This document shows positions 38,270 through 50,139 of a DNA stretch of 54,250 bases, in pieces. The notes beneath the pieces are model-generated. The model was not told the DNA's origin. It ran no database searches and was given only the letters and a program-made list of their open reading frames with translations. A program made the translations under genes and the position numbers. The stretch is from Girardia tigrina (taxonomy: Eukaryota), in assembly GCA_001938485.1 (NCBI GenBank), contig MQRK01252730.1, positions 47,473 to 101,722 of the forward strand. The letters run 5' to 3'. The first letter of the stretch is position 1; every line of letters starts with the position of its first letter.

Positions 38270-39501
38270 ATAAATTTTGAAAAATGGCGTTCACTTTTTA
38301 ATAATTTTAAATAAGTTAATTAGTTTTTACAATTTTTAATAAATAAATTAAATTAATATTTTTTAAATAATTAATAATCATTTTAATTTCTATCCAAAAA
38401 GTTTTTAGTAAATATTTTATTAAAATATTTATTTCCCATTTGGTAAAAAAATAATAAGAATTAATTCATTAATCAATTTAGTTTAGAATGCAATCGTACG
38501 AAAGCTTTGACAAAGATTGTCTTAATGACAATCAAAATTGCTGTTTAAATAAAAATATGAAAAGTCAAATTGGTGTTCTTAATAAAATTAATTATAAGAT
38601 CATTGTTTTTTTAAATGAGCTTTTTAGTAATATTTTATGTTTTTTATTTATTTTTCATTTTTATATATATTTAACATCTCTATCAGATTTATATGGATTT
38701 ATTGTCTAAGAAAATTAAAGTCATTTAATAAATGATTTATTTATTTTAATTATTTTATTTTTCATTTTTAAAGCTGAAAAAAATTTATTCAGTCTTAATT
38801 AAAAAAAACTATTTCAAAAATAGAAAATTAATAAACATTTCCCATATGTATTCAAGTATCAAAATATTTTTATAATCTAAAAGAATTTATTGGAATGAAA
38901 AAAAATATTCTTTACATTTTCTAATTATCTTGTCTTAGTTCGTTAAAAACTTATTTCCAGGAAACATAGGCAGCAGCCTGATAATCAAAATATTAAATCG
39001 TAAATTTCAATAAAACAAAAATGATAATAATTTATTTCCTTTTTTTCTTACTGCTCAAATTTACAAATTTCTTATGTAAATAATTACTTAATTGTGAACG
39101 TTCAAGCAAAACTTTTTTGAGCATAAATAATCAGCTACAGTTTGAACAATATTTTGTTTTTTGTTTATCTTAATTGAAAAAAAACATTTTTTGATTTAGC
39201 ATGTTTGTGGTTACCGCTTTGAGTAGGGTTGCAACTGTCTGAAGGGTTGCAACTCCGAATAAAATCTTCTTGTGAAGGAAGAAAAGCTAAAATTTGGTGG
39301 GAAATTTAATAGGGTTCAAATAACTCAATTACAACATTAAAATATTAGGACTGCTTAATTCGTTACCACCCACAAACAGCCATACTTGAATGAGTTAACT
39401 CATCTTAAACCATGATCTTGATAAATTAGTTGTTAAAAATATTGTTAGAAGTTTTAAATGTACTATTTTTGTTTTAATTTATTGTTATTTTATATTCCCT
39501 T

Positions 39502-39595
39502 TGTGAGGAATATTTTAAATTGTCTGAATATGTGAATGTATATTGATTTGAGTATGCTAAACTTAGAATGGTGATTCTCCACCCAGATGGAAATT
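39502..39595 (-). repeat. LTR-end-like dispersed repeat
   Basis: Minus strand ccatctgggtggagaatcaccattctaa...aaaatattcctcaca. Confidence 0.55.
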
Positions 39596-42500
39596 GGTAT
39601 TTTTTGTATTTACAGTGATTGACTTTTTAGGAAAAGAAAAGCAATTAATTAAATTTAAATAAATTTAATAACATTTACATTAAATTCATTTTTAATAACA
39701 TTTTTATAATTTTATGTTTTTATTTAAAAATGATTTAAATTGTTATTTTTAAATAATATTTTTAAAAATTAAATATTTTAAAAAGATTTAGAAAAATTGT
39801 TCGAATAATCATGATTAAAAGGAGAAATAAGAAAACCAATTAGAACGATGGCAAACGATGAAAGACCTTCTGAGAGTTGCAATCACTCTAAATGTGATAG
39901 TAATAAAAATACAAATGAGAATTGTCTCGAAGTTCCTAATACCCGTCAAAAACAAAAACGAAAAAAACAAGAAAGATAGTATATTGCAAACTCTTCTGTT
40001 GTGATGAATAGAAGATAAATATGTGGGTTATTCACAAATTCCATATCATATGAAAAATTAAAAATAAAATGTTGTTTATCATTAACTTATAGGTAGTAGA
40101 TGATGTTCAGATGAAGAAAAAAATGTGGAAAACGAGAATGACGTCTGTTTTGTCTAATTATTTTGCTTTATCATAATAAATTTCAGAGTTTAAAAAATTT
40201 AGTTATATTATCACTTTACTAATGTATTATTAATGAATGATAAAATTTTCTGTTTGCAAATTTACTTGCGCCTACTTCCTATCCGAATATTTAATGAACC
40301 ATTAAAAGGAAAATACTCACAATTGATGAGAATTTATGTATTCAATTTTGAGATATGCTCCGCAAAATACTTCAAATGTGTAATTTTGGTACTTACCGTA
40401 CAGGTAGAAATTTGTTGAGCAGCAGATAAATATCTATTTAGATATCTTTAACTAAATATTTTATAATATATATTTTTACTTTAGAATAGAAATATTTGGA
40501 AAACATCGAATATTATATAAGATCTGAAAGGGTTATAATGAAATAATGATTGCAAGATATATCTGAAATATTAAATGTATATAAGAAATGCTTAGTATAA
40601 ATATTCACTCGCATGATGAAATTAAAAATGCAAAATGATGGAAATTGTCTTTAAAATAATTTAATTAATTTAATTCGAGACAGTTTGTTTAAATATATGT
40701 TTTTTTCACAGAAGTTTCAATTTCTCAAGTTAGAAGGCAAATGCGGACAACGTATATATCCCTAACCTAGTCTTGTGTTTTTAATAATGATAATCGGAAC
40801 ATTTTTACACATAATTAAACCATTTTGAGGGCCAAATTCCATAATCTATTTATCAAAGTAGATTTGTTTCAAAAAAACTAAACAATAAGAATGCATATTA
40901 GATTTTTGAACCAAAACTGTAACAGATTACAATAAGTACCGTGCAGCTGGAAATTCATTGAATACTGTGTCAGGATTTTTGGAGCTCACATAAATGTTTG
41001 AATTTTAGTATTTAAAATATTTCAAAAAAATTTTCAAAATATTTAAAAAATATGTCTTCGTAAATTAAAACATTGAAGAAGTTTAGGTTTGTAAATATTC
41101 TAAGTTAAAGTCTAAAATGATAATTTTATTATTGAAATATTATTTTTACAAAAATAGAAACTGATAAAAATGAAATTTAATAGTAATATAAGAAAAATAT
41201 AAGAAAATAAAATATTTTAAAATATAAGAAAACTTTGGTATAAGATTTTTTTAAAATAAATATTTCTTGACAATGAAAGTTTTATAATAACAAACATGAA
41301 AACGTTTAGTTTAAGATTTTTTAAACAATAATAAAAAACAATGTTGTAAAATTAATTTTGAAGTTTTCTAGATTGAATTAAAATAAAATAATTTTAATGA
41401 GATTTCAAAATGATAAATTTTAATAAAACAAATGTTGTAAAAAATTTTTAAAGATTTCTAAATAAGAGAAATAATATATTAAGTATTTGTATTTATGTTT
41501 CATTATCTTTATGTATAAATGGTTTTGGCAAAATAAAAAATGTTCCTCGAAAATTAGTTCGAAAAATAATCTAAAATGTTAACACTGTATATCCTTATAT
41601 ATTAAGTAGATGTATATATGAATGGACTATTAAGCAAAACATGTTATAAATAGATTTATGTTTAAAATTTTTAAATGTTTAGTAAATTAATGATTTTAAA
41701 AAAATTTCAAAGTCAATCAAATATACTTGTTAATGTAAATATATTTCAAGTAGTTGAGATAAAAAATATAAAGCATTTTTAAATGTTATATGCGTAGAAA
41801 AATATTGTAATTATTTATAAATAATAATTAAATTTGATAATTGACTTTTCCACACAGGAAGCTTTTTAAAACTTCTAAATACTAAAAAACACTAATCCCA
41901 AATAATATAAATTTTAAACATTTCTTAGAAAGTCTTCAATCTTGTTTTGATATTTGATAAACATAAAAATTTAAAAGCATAAAATCAACAAATTTAAAAT
42001 TTTTTATTTTTGCAAAATAAATTTTGAATTTTTTTATCAATTATTTTTATTCAACTTAATTTTATGTTTATTAGTTTTCATATATTATATTTTTTTATTG
42101 ATGATATCAAATAACCTAAAAAACGTCTCAAATGTTTAACATATTTTTTCCAGTTAAATATAAATTTTTCAAATTGATTAGTTATATTGAAATAAAAGAA
42201 TAAATAAAAAGCTCATATTTATCTTATATATTTATACTTTTATGAATTATTACTTGATTGAAAATAAATACCGAAAAGACCTAAATATATAAATTTTTAA
42301 TAAAAGCAAAAAGGCTTATTTGATTTTTAGTTCACTTTTCAAATACAAAAAATATATAATTATCATTTAATTATAATTAATTTTTAATTATGTGTTTTGT
42401 ACAAATGATTCATTAATGATAATTTTTTTACAAAATTATTTGCTAATTAAAATAAAAATAGCTTATATCAACTATTTAATTGTTTCTCATAAATTTGCCT

Positions 42501-43384
42501 CTAATTGTTTCAATTTGAAAATTAGATGTCAAAAATACATCAAAACTTGGACAAATGATAAAAATGAAAATTTTTTATTTTTTTTGAATATTTTTGCATC
42601 TCATTGGCTTTAATTTGTATTTAACGACTCTCGTTTTGAGATTTAATATTTATTTTTAGAAATAATTTTATTTATTTTTTTTCAAAAGCGCGTATTTTGG
42701 ATTTTAAAGATTTTGATATTTACAGCTTTTTAATATTTAGATTTTTTATTGGCAATTTTTTATATTTAATTTTAGATCTTGTAAACTGTTAGTTAAATCA
42801 ATAATTAATGTCATTAATAGCAAAATAATGGTTTTATGATAAACGAAATGCAAGCAAATTTTCTACTTCTTTTTCAAATTTAAAAATCATTTTGTAGATT
42901 CCAATTATTCAGAAAGAACTTTTAAAGCTTAAAATTTCTTTTTGTAAATTATATTATAAGTTTTTAAATTATTTAAAACTCGATCTGTTAAAAGAAATTA
43001 AAAAAATTACCCTTGTAAATAATGTTTCATACATACTTAAAAAAATGGTATGGCTAGTATTCTGCAGTGTATACATTTTAAAAGTATATTCTATCCTAAT
43101 TTATATTTATCATGACTTTACATGGAATAGTAAAATGAAAATTCATGTACCATACCGTTCAATTTAGATGACCGCCTTTGATAAAACTTTATTTCTACTT
43201 TTTGCTGATGAATAATTTAAATATAATTCAAATATTAAATATTAAAGCATTTCCTTTCCTCATGACCGTTTTACGCACACCATCTCATTCAAACTCTTAG
43301 CTTAAACATGCTGATCTAAAACGGCATTTTTGAATCAATCAGAGCTCTAAACCTCCAACTACACCTCTGATATTTCAGGTCATT

Positions 43385-43480
43385 TTCTCGGGTGAGATCA
43401 CCGTGCATCTCATAGCCCCACGATCTCAGTTTGTCCGACGCCACCGACACCAACCAACTATGACTCACAGGACCTCTCAC
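43385..43480 (+). repeat. GC-rich dispersed repeat (same family as 34262-34335 and 46590-46665)
   Basis: tgagat-caccgtgc-atctca hairpin; gacgccaccgacaccaacc...actcaca resembles gtcgccaccgtcaccaatcc...agtcaca at 46608. Confidence 0.5.
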
Positions 43481-43499
43481 AGACAATTTTTACAACTTC

Positions 43500-43930
43500 A
43501 AATGGTGTACTCATGTTTTTCATTTGCTGGTATTGGTTCCACAGATTTCGTTGTTATCATTATCAATTTTATTACAAAATACAGGATGATGCTTATGAAT
43601 CACCTTTTACCACAACGAAACTCTTGGTATCGAGATGGTATATGTACATTTCAACATGACAATGAACCTAGTCATAAGGCTATTAGGGTGTGTATATTCA
43701 TTAACCAACATCAGATAACAGTCATTTAATGTCCCCCAATATTCTCCCGATGTAAGTCCTATAGAGAACCTTTGTTCTATGATGAAGTCCAAAGTTTACC
43801 AATTGAAATGTAAATTCTAGGCAGATTTGAGCAGTAAGATTATGATAATTTGGCAGAAGGGCAATGACAAAAAGGTCACCAGTAAAATTATAATTGAAAG
43901 CTTTCTACTTCGTGTACTTTACATGAATGT
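43500..43930 (+). mobile_element. Tc1 DD34E transposase remnant
   Basis: MVYSCFSFAGIG...FQHDNEPSHKA...I*CPP/YSPDVSPIENLCSMMK; 34 residues from D to E after correcting one frameshift. Confidence 0.88.
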
Positions 43931-45599
43931 AAAAACACTCGTTTCGAATTAATATTATAATTCTTGTCGTATTTTTCATATCCATCAGCAAGAAGTAAAA
44001 ATAATGTTTACCAATACATAACTCAAATACATAACAGAAAATGTTTAAAAAAATGAAAATAAAATTTCAGAGGCATAGCAAATTATTCGGAATACTGCTG
44101 TCCTTTAAGAAGCTTAAACAAACTTTTCCCAGGCTTGTAATTTCAGAATTGATTAGAAACGTTTCACTAATATCATCTTCTTTATAAATAATTAAATCAT
44201 AATAAATATTATAATTATTTTTTATTTCTGAAAAAAAAACAATTATATTTAGTATATTAATTATTATTCCTTTCCAAATGCCAATCGTAAAATACCGTTT
44301 AAACTACAGAAAAGTCTTAAAAAGATATTTTTTTCATACTTATGTTTTTCATAAAATCAACCGGTTATTTATAATAATATCAAAACCTTAATTTATATTT
44401 ATATAAGTTCAATTAGATTGTTTTTAATTCAATACAATATTCTTATACATCTATAATTTGTCACCCTTATATAAGTATTGTTTGTTAATTTTCTGTGAAA
44501 AATGTGAATGATTAATTATAATAAAAATAATTTTAAATTATTAAAATAAACTGGATTTTTTCTTTATTCTTTAATTTTTAATGATTATTATAATTTAGTC
44601 AATTAAAAATAGCAATAAAACATTTTATAATGTAAATAAAACTAAATTCAATGGACAAAATTTTTTAATTAAATTAATAATGTAGTATTATAATTTTAAA
44701 GTTTATTGAATTAAAAATTTGGGTACCAATTTTTTCTTTAAATATTAATGAGTTACAAACTTTATTTTTCATATTTGTATAAAAATAAAGGACTTTAAGA
44801 CAAAAAACACCACATGCAGCAGACTTTAAATAAAGACGTAGCAATTAGTTTACCAAAGGGTTTTTATTTATATGTTCCTTGTCGCCTTCCTTTAACAGAC
44901 GTGTATTCATAAGGTTATCAAATTTTTAAATGGTTTTTAAATTTTTACTCATACGTTCATTTTTATTTCAAAATTATTGAGACTAGAGCAACAGAAATTG
45001 ACGAAATCTTTAACAAAACATTTGAAATATTTAAATAAATAAATCATTGATACAAATTAAACTTGCACAAAAAATGGCATCCAATTTAATTAATTTTCAA
45101 AACCTAAAAGTATCTAAACCTCTAAATTTTACCATGATGTTTATCATTTTTTCTAGAAATTATTCATTAAAAAAATTATGAACAATAACAAAACTCTAAA
45201 CAACTCAAAATACGAATAAATATAAAACCACTTATAAAAAATTAACATTTGTTAACAAAGGAAACATAAAAAAATCTTTGAATAATCCTTTATTGATTAA
45301 TTACAATTCAAAAATGAAAGTAAAAAATTAAATTTTCTTTAAAAGAAAATAATGATAAAAATTAACTTGTAAAAAGTTGTACTTGATTGCTTGATTGATA
45401 ATTTATTTTTATTAACTATTGAAATAATTTTTTATATTCTTTTCTGTTTTTTCACATAGACTCAATTTTTGTAAAACTTGTTTTTGTCCTTCCATTGGGT
45501 GATTCTCAGACGAAGTCTACCCCAGTAAACGCGCGATTAGTAAACCTACTTTATATTTTTAGTAAATTAGTATACCTAGATTAGTATACCTACCTACCA

Positions 45600-45812
45600 G
45601 ATATTTTTGAAAAGGTTCCTGTTAGCTTCTGTAAAATAAGTGTAAAAGTCTTCTTCCTTAGTCGCCATCTTCACCATTTTCCAGATAATCTTGAAGTTCT
45701 ACGCAAAGGGCAGAGTGAGCGCTTTCACCAAAATGTCAAGACAATGGAAAAACAACACAACAGTCAAAATAATACTAATATGGTTGCTGATTGTTGATGG
45801 CCTTTAAAGTAA
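45600..45812 (+). mobile_element. Chapaev3-like (CMC) transposase C-terminal remnant
   Basis: CKISVKVFFLSRHLHHFPDNLEVLRKGQSERFHQNVKTMEKQH...NMVADC*WPLK resembles the family consensus CNMSLKIHFLHSHLDFFPENLGAVSDEHGERFHQDI..ME.RY...MLADYCW.L. Confidence 0.8.
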
Positions 45813-46668
45813 AATATTTTAGATTAAAAACATGTCTATCATTGAGGTAATGGACTTTCTATTCTAGACAAACTTTTAGATTCTGAAAAAAAGGATACAA
45901 AACGTTTCACCAGACAGTAGGATTAAATAAAAAATTTTATTTGTTTGCATTTTCAGAATTTGAAAAATTAATGTAATATTATAAATCTCCGATATAAACT
46001 ATGAAGATATACTGACATTGATTGTTTGATGGAGAATTCGAGGAATGTAGGGGGTTTTAGGGTTTATAAACTGAATTTCCGTTACAATATTTAACTATTG
46101 GGCGTGCTAGTTCTTATTTTCCTATTTATTTGAAGAGACAACTGGCTTATTCTCCAATCGATTGTAACCAAAGATCAAAAGAAATTCACAGAACATCTCA
46201 GGATAACTACAGTAAATTAAGTATCTATGGATATATATATATATAAGCATAATTTTATAGATTATTATTTTTAGAAAAATTATCATTTGAAAATATTAGA
46301 TAATAAGATTTTATCTGTAGAATGAATTTCATTGTATAAAAATTTTCGAAAAAGTTTATTTATATTTTATTTTATAAATAAAACAAAAATGTCAAATATT
46401 TTAAAATTGGTTTGTAAATGAATTCCTAAAATTTTTTATCATTTGGTTTTAAAATTATTTGTAAAAATTGAAGTTATGTGATTCATTTCTTTTATATTAT
46501 CATTAGGGCACGGAATTTAATGACCTTCAAAATCAAAAAAATGACTTTATTTTATTTCTTCTTTTTCCGGGTCAGATATTATTTTGTTCTTCCCCTCTGT
46601 CAATAGAGTCGCCACCGTCACCAATCCGCCGCAGTCACACCACTGCACCAACCACTCTGTTATCAATG

Positions 46669-46704
<36 letters not shown>
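46669..46704. repeat. (ATT)n microsatellite
   Basis: About 12 ATT units; explains the poly-Ile start of ORF 46666-46947. Confidence 0.95.
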
Positions 46705-46777
46705 GAAGTTCTACGCAAAGGGCAGATTGAGCGCTTTCGCCAAAATGTCAAGGCAATTGAAAAACAACACAACAGTC
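46703..46777 (+). mobile_element. Local duplicate of the Chapaev3-like fragment 45691-45765
   Basis: ttgaagttctacgcaaagggcagattgagcgctttcgccaaaatgtcaaggcaattgaaaaacaacacaacagtc; 4 substitutions relative to the 45691 copy. Confidence 0.9.
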
Positions 46778-49330
46778 GAGATAACAGAGTGATATCAGAA
46801 AATTATTTGAACAGAAAGATTGGAAGAAAAGCCTTTGAAAGAATCAAGAAAAGAAATTATTATCCAAAAATGTCTTTGTTTCTATTACTTGAGCATTTAT
46901 ATCAAATTTATTTAATCGTCGTGATTCTTAACTATAAACTACAGTAAAGATTGCAAAAATACTTAAAAGAATAAATCGAAGAGATTTTTATCAAAATTTC
47001 CGCAATACAAAAGAACAGACTATTTTCGATTTCAGTCATTATAGAAACATAATTTGTGTAACCGTACATTCGGACAATTTAGGTGTTACATTTTTAATCC
47101 TACTAACGTTAGTTTTATCGATAGTTGTAACTCTGTGGGATCAAAGGTTCAAGGTTATTTTATTCGTGTATTAATCAAACTTTGTTACATTTATTGTGAC
47201 GATACATTTGTTATAAAACTCGTAAGTCATCAATTTATTTGTAATAAATTTTACTTTTAAGATCAACTTATCTTTGTCGAGTTTACATTAACATATCATG
47301 GTATTTAACAGTATTTAATGGTTATAAAATGAAAATGATAAATAAATATTTACAATTATATTTATTTTATTCATTTTTTAAATATATTATTCATTTGTGA
47401 CTGACCATTTTGAATTTATAAGGGTTATAAATATATGTTTCTTATGGAGGTACGAAAATATTATTCATCGGATTATTGTTTGAAATGTAATAAAATAAGC
47501 AGAATATTTTTAATTTTAAAAAAAGTATTTAAAAAAATTATTAATTATATATAATTATTTAAATAAATAGGTACAATATTGCTATAAAAAATACCGGCAC
47601 AAGATTATCCCTAATAATTGAAGTATTAAATTGAATCAAAATGCTTTTACAATAATAAATGGCGTCAAAATGTCAAAAAGGCTTAAGTTAAGATGGTTGT
47701 GAATCAAAACTGTACAATATATATGTCCTGATGCGGTAAATCAAAAATATTTAAATTTAGATAAAAAATCGTTTTACTTTGGCTGAATATAAAACCCTTT
47801 TTTTCAACTTAACTAATTTACTAAACTAATCTTTGTACAGATAAAGAAGCAACAGGTTCTTCTACGTATTTTAGGAATATGAAATCGGACAGAAGTTGTA
47901 AAGTATGTCGTCCGATTTACAATACGGAAATCCGCAAGGTTTATTGTCTAGTAAAGAATAGATAAAACAAAATTTGTCGGTCTGCATATAATAAAGAAGA
48001 TAAAAAGAACGATTATGTTTAATTTACAATTGAAAATCAAGTATATTATCTGGCTCTGTCAAAAAAGGATGGTAAGGTAAAATAGATATTCATAAGGAAT
48101 ATAAGGCATCAAATTTAAAAAATATGTGGGACCCTGGACGAATATGATTTTATCATATATAATAAGATATTTTAAAGTTCAAAAGAGAAAATATTTATAT
48201 TCATTTTATATTCCTCTAAATAATTTATTTTATATTTAAAATATTATCCTTGTTGAAATTTTTATAATTTTACAATTTTTTAGAACTGTATAACAATTTA
48301 TAATTATATTTCCCGGGAGTATAAGTAACTCGTTATCATGATGACCAAGCTAAAATTGTCTCAAAATAAATACTTTTTTATTGCTTTAAATATTCCTTAA
48401 AAAATTGAAATTTCATTTATTTTAAATTTAAGTAAGAACTAAAAAAAATTAAATAAAAATTTCTATAAGTGATAAAAAAAGTATTTTTAATTAAATATTT
48501 GTCAAGTTAAAAAAATGAAATGGAAATTAAAAATAAATTTTTCAAATTTAATTTAAGGTAAAATTTGTTTTGAAATTACGGAAAAATTATGTGACATTCT
48601 ATTTTTCATTGAATTTAGGTGGATATTATAGTTTGATAAAATTAAAATCACGGAAACAAATTTCTTTTCACGAAATAAATAAAGTTAAAAATTTATAAAA
48701 AATAATATTCGCATTTTTTTTAATTAAATATAGGAGAAAAAAATTTATTAAATAAAAATTTTTTTAATTAATTAATATTATTAAGACTAAAAATCAGTAC
48801 TGAAATTTAAGATTTTTTATTTGCAATAAAATTAATTAATTAAATTTAATATTAATTATATTGAAATTGAATTTTAAATTTGATTTTAAATCAAAACTTA
48901 AATCGAAAACAGAAGTTCAGTTTGTAATCTTTTGTTTATAGAATTTTATTTTTTAAGATTGTTAATAAATAAAATAAGTTTTGGCAAATTTGATATTTTG
49001 CTTTACATTTAAATTTTAACTAACTTTCAAAGTCCATTGTTGTAGAAACGTCACTGTTAATACATTAAATAATTTAATATGAACGATACAACTGCACATG
49101 CTTTCAATTATTTTGTGAAACTATTTTCAAAAATCTTGTTCCAAATTTAATTCTAGTTATTGCAGTTACTTTGAGAATTCCCTCATTGACTATATTTTTT
49201 ATTATATACACAATTTGGATCATTCTTACGATAATCTATAGTTGAGCTTTCAGTCATTCACATCAAAAAGAATATATAATTAATTTGTATCTAATTTTAT
49301 AAATCATTTTGACATATGAAAAACCCTTTT

Positions 49331-49660
49331 AGTAGGGGGAAAATGTGGGTTCGGCCTCAATTGATAATTTTTCCAATAATCTTTATTACCATAGCAACAG
49401 ACCACGGTAACCAATGAAATTGCTCGGTTACTATGGACATCGGTACAGTAACCAACGCGTCTGTAGTCATGAAGAAAGGTAGTTATGTTTTACCGAAATC
49501 TCATAACGTTGCGTGGGGTTACCAGTTACCATAAAAACGGATGTAGGTCAGCAAACGTGTGGATGTCGTTTTCAAGGTCGTGATCACCTTATCAACGGTT
49601 CCGATCACCTTAGCATCGGTAACCAAGGTCGAAGTCACCATAGGAAGCAGTCAAAAGAAA
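49331..49660 (+). promoter_or_regulatory. PPT-like tract and TG start (candidate LTR U3) with clustered RFX X-box-like motifs
   Basis: AGTAGGGGGAAAA|TGTGGG at 49331-49349. Motifs: attaccatagcaac (49385), gttactatggacat (49427), gttaccataaaaac (49525), atcaccttatcaac (49583), atcaccttagcatc (49604), gtcaccataggaag (49634). CCAAT at 49411. Confidence 0.5.
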
Positions 49661-50139
49661 ATCAATATTATAATTATTATTCTGAAAAAACGTTCATCAT
49701 CATATAGTTCATTATATTGTTATTAATTTCGACAGTAGAGTGCGATGTGTGAAGCATTGATCAAGTCTTTTGATTCTAAAATCAAAATTGAAACACCATA
49801 TTCATAAACTTTATAGAAAGTATTTTTATGATTTAGAAATTACATAATGATGCATAAACATTGTTTTGATATATGAATGAAAATAATTCATTGTTAGTTT
49901 ACTCTAATAATGACAGTTGATCCATTGATATTAACAACAATAAATAATGATTATAGTTCATTTTTGTGTTATCAAAACACTTTGCCATAACTATTTAAAT
50001 ATTTCTATTTTTAGTTGTTGTTGGAACATATATAAGTGCGAACATATCATTCTTGGTATATTTACAAATCTGTCATTTTATATTTCAATTAAGAACACTT
50101 ATTGGGTTTTCAATACATTTATTACTATCTTAATTTAAA

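Larger units (their letters stand above)
37642..38305 (-). mobile_element. 5'-truncated Penelope-like element with inverted pLTR
   Basis: GIY-YIG ORF remnant flanked by inverted arms: 37642-37750 vs 38201-38305, and 37881-37933 vs 38148-38199. Each outer arm holds a hammerhead motif. Confidence 0.92.

Noticed and set aside
44805-44912. HMQQTLNKDVAISLPKGFYLYVPCR, loosely like PIF1/Helitron helicase motifs V-VI
   Set aside because: Key residues (QG, SR) are missing and no other helicase motifs are nearby.
46666-46947. 93-aa ORF with an apparent hydrophobic N-terminus
   Set aside because: Poly-Ile comes from the (ATT)n tract fused to a transposase fragment.
301-50138. Short F/I/K/L/N-rich ORFs in the track (e.g. 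301, 3496, 25333, 27130, 34793, 35749, 38488, 42392, 49947)
   Set aside because: Composition expected from random AT-rich DNA; no domains or splice support.
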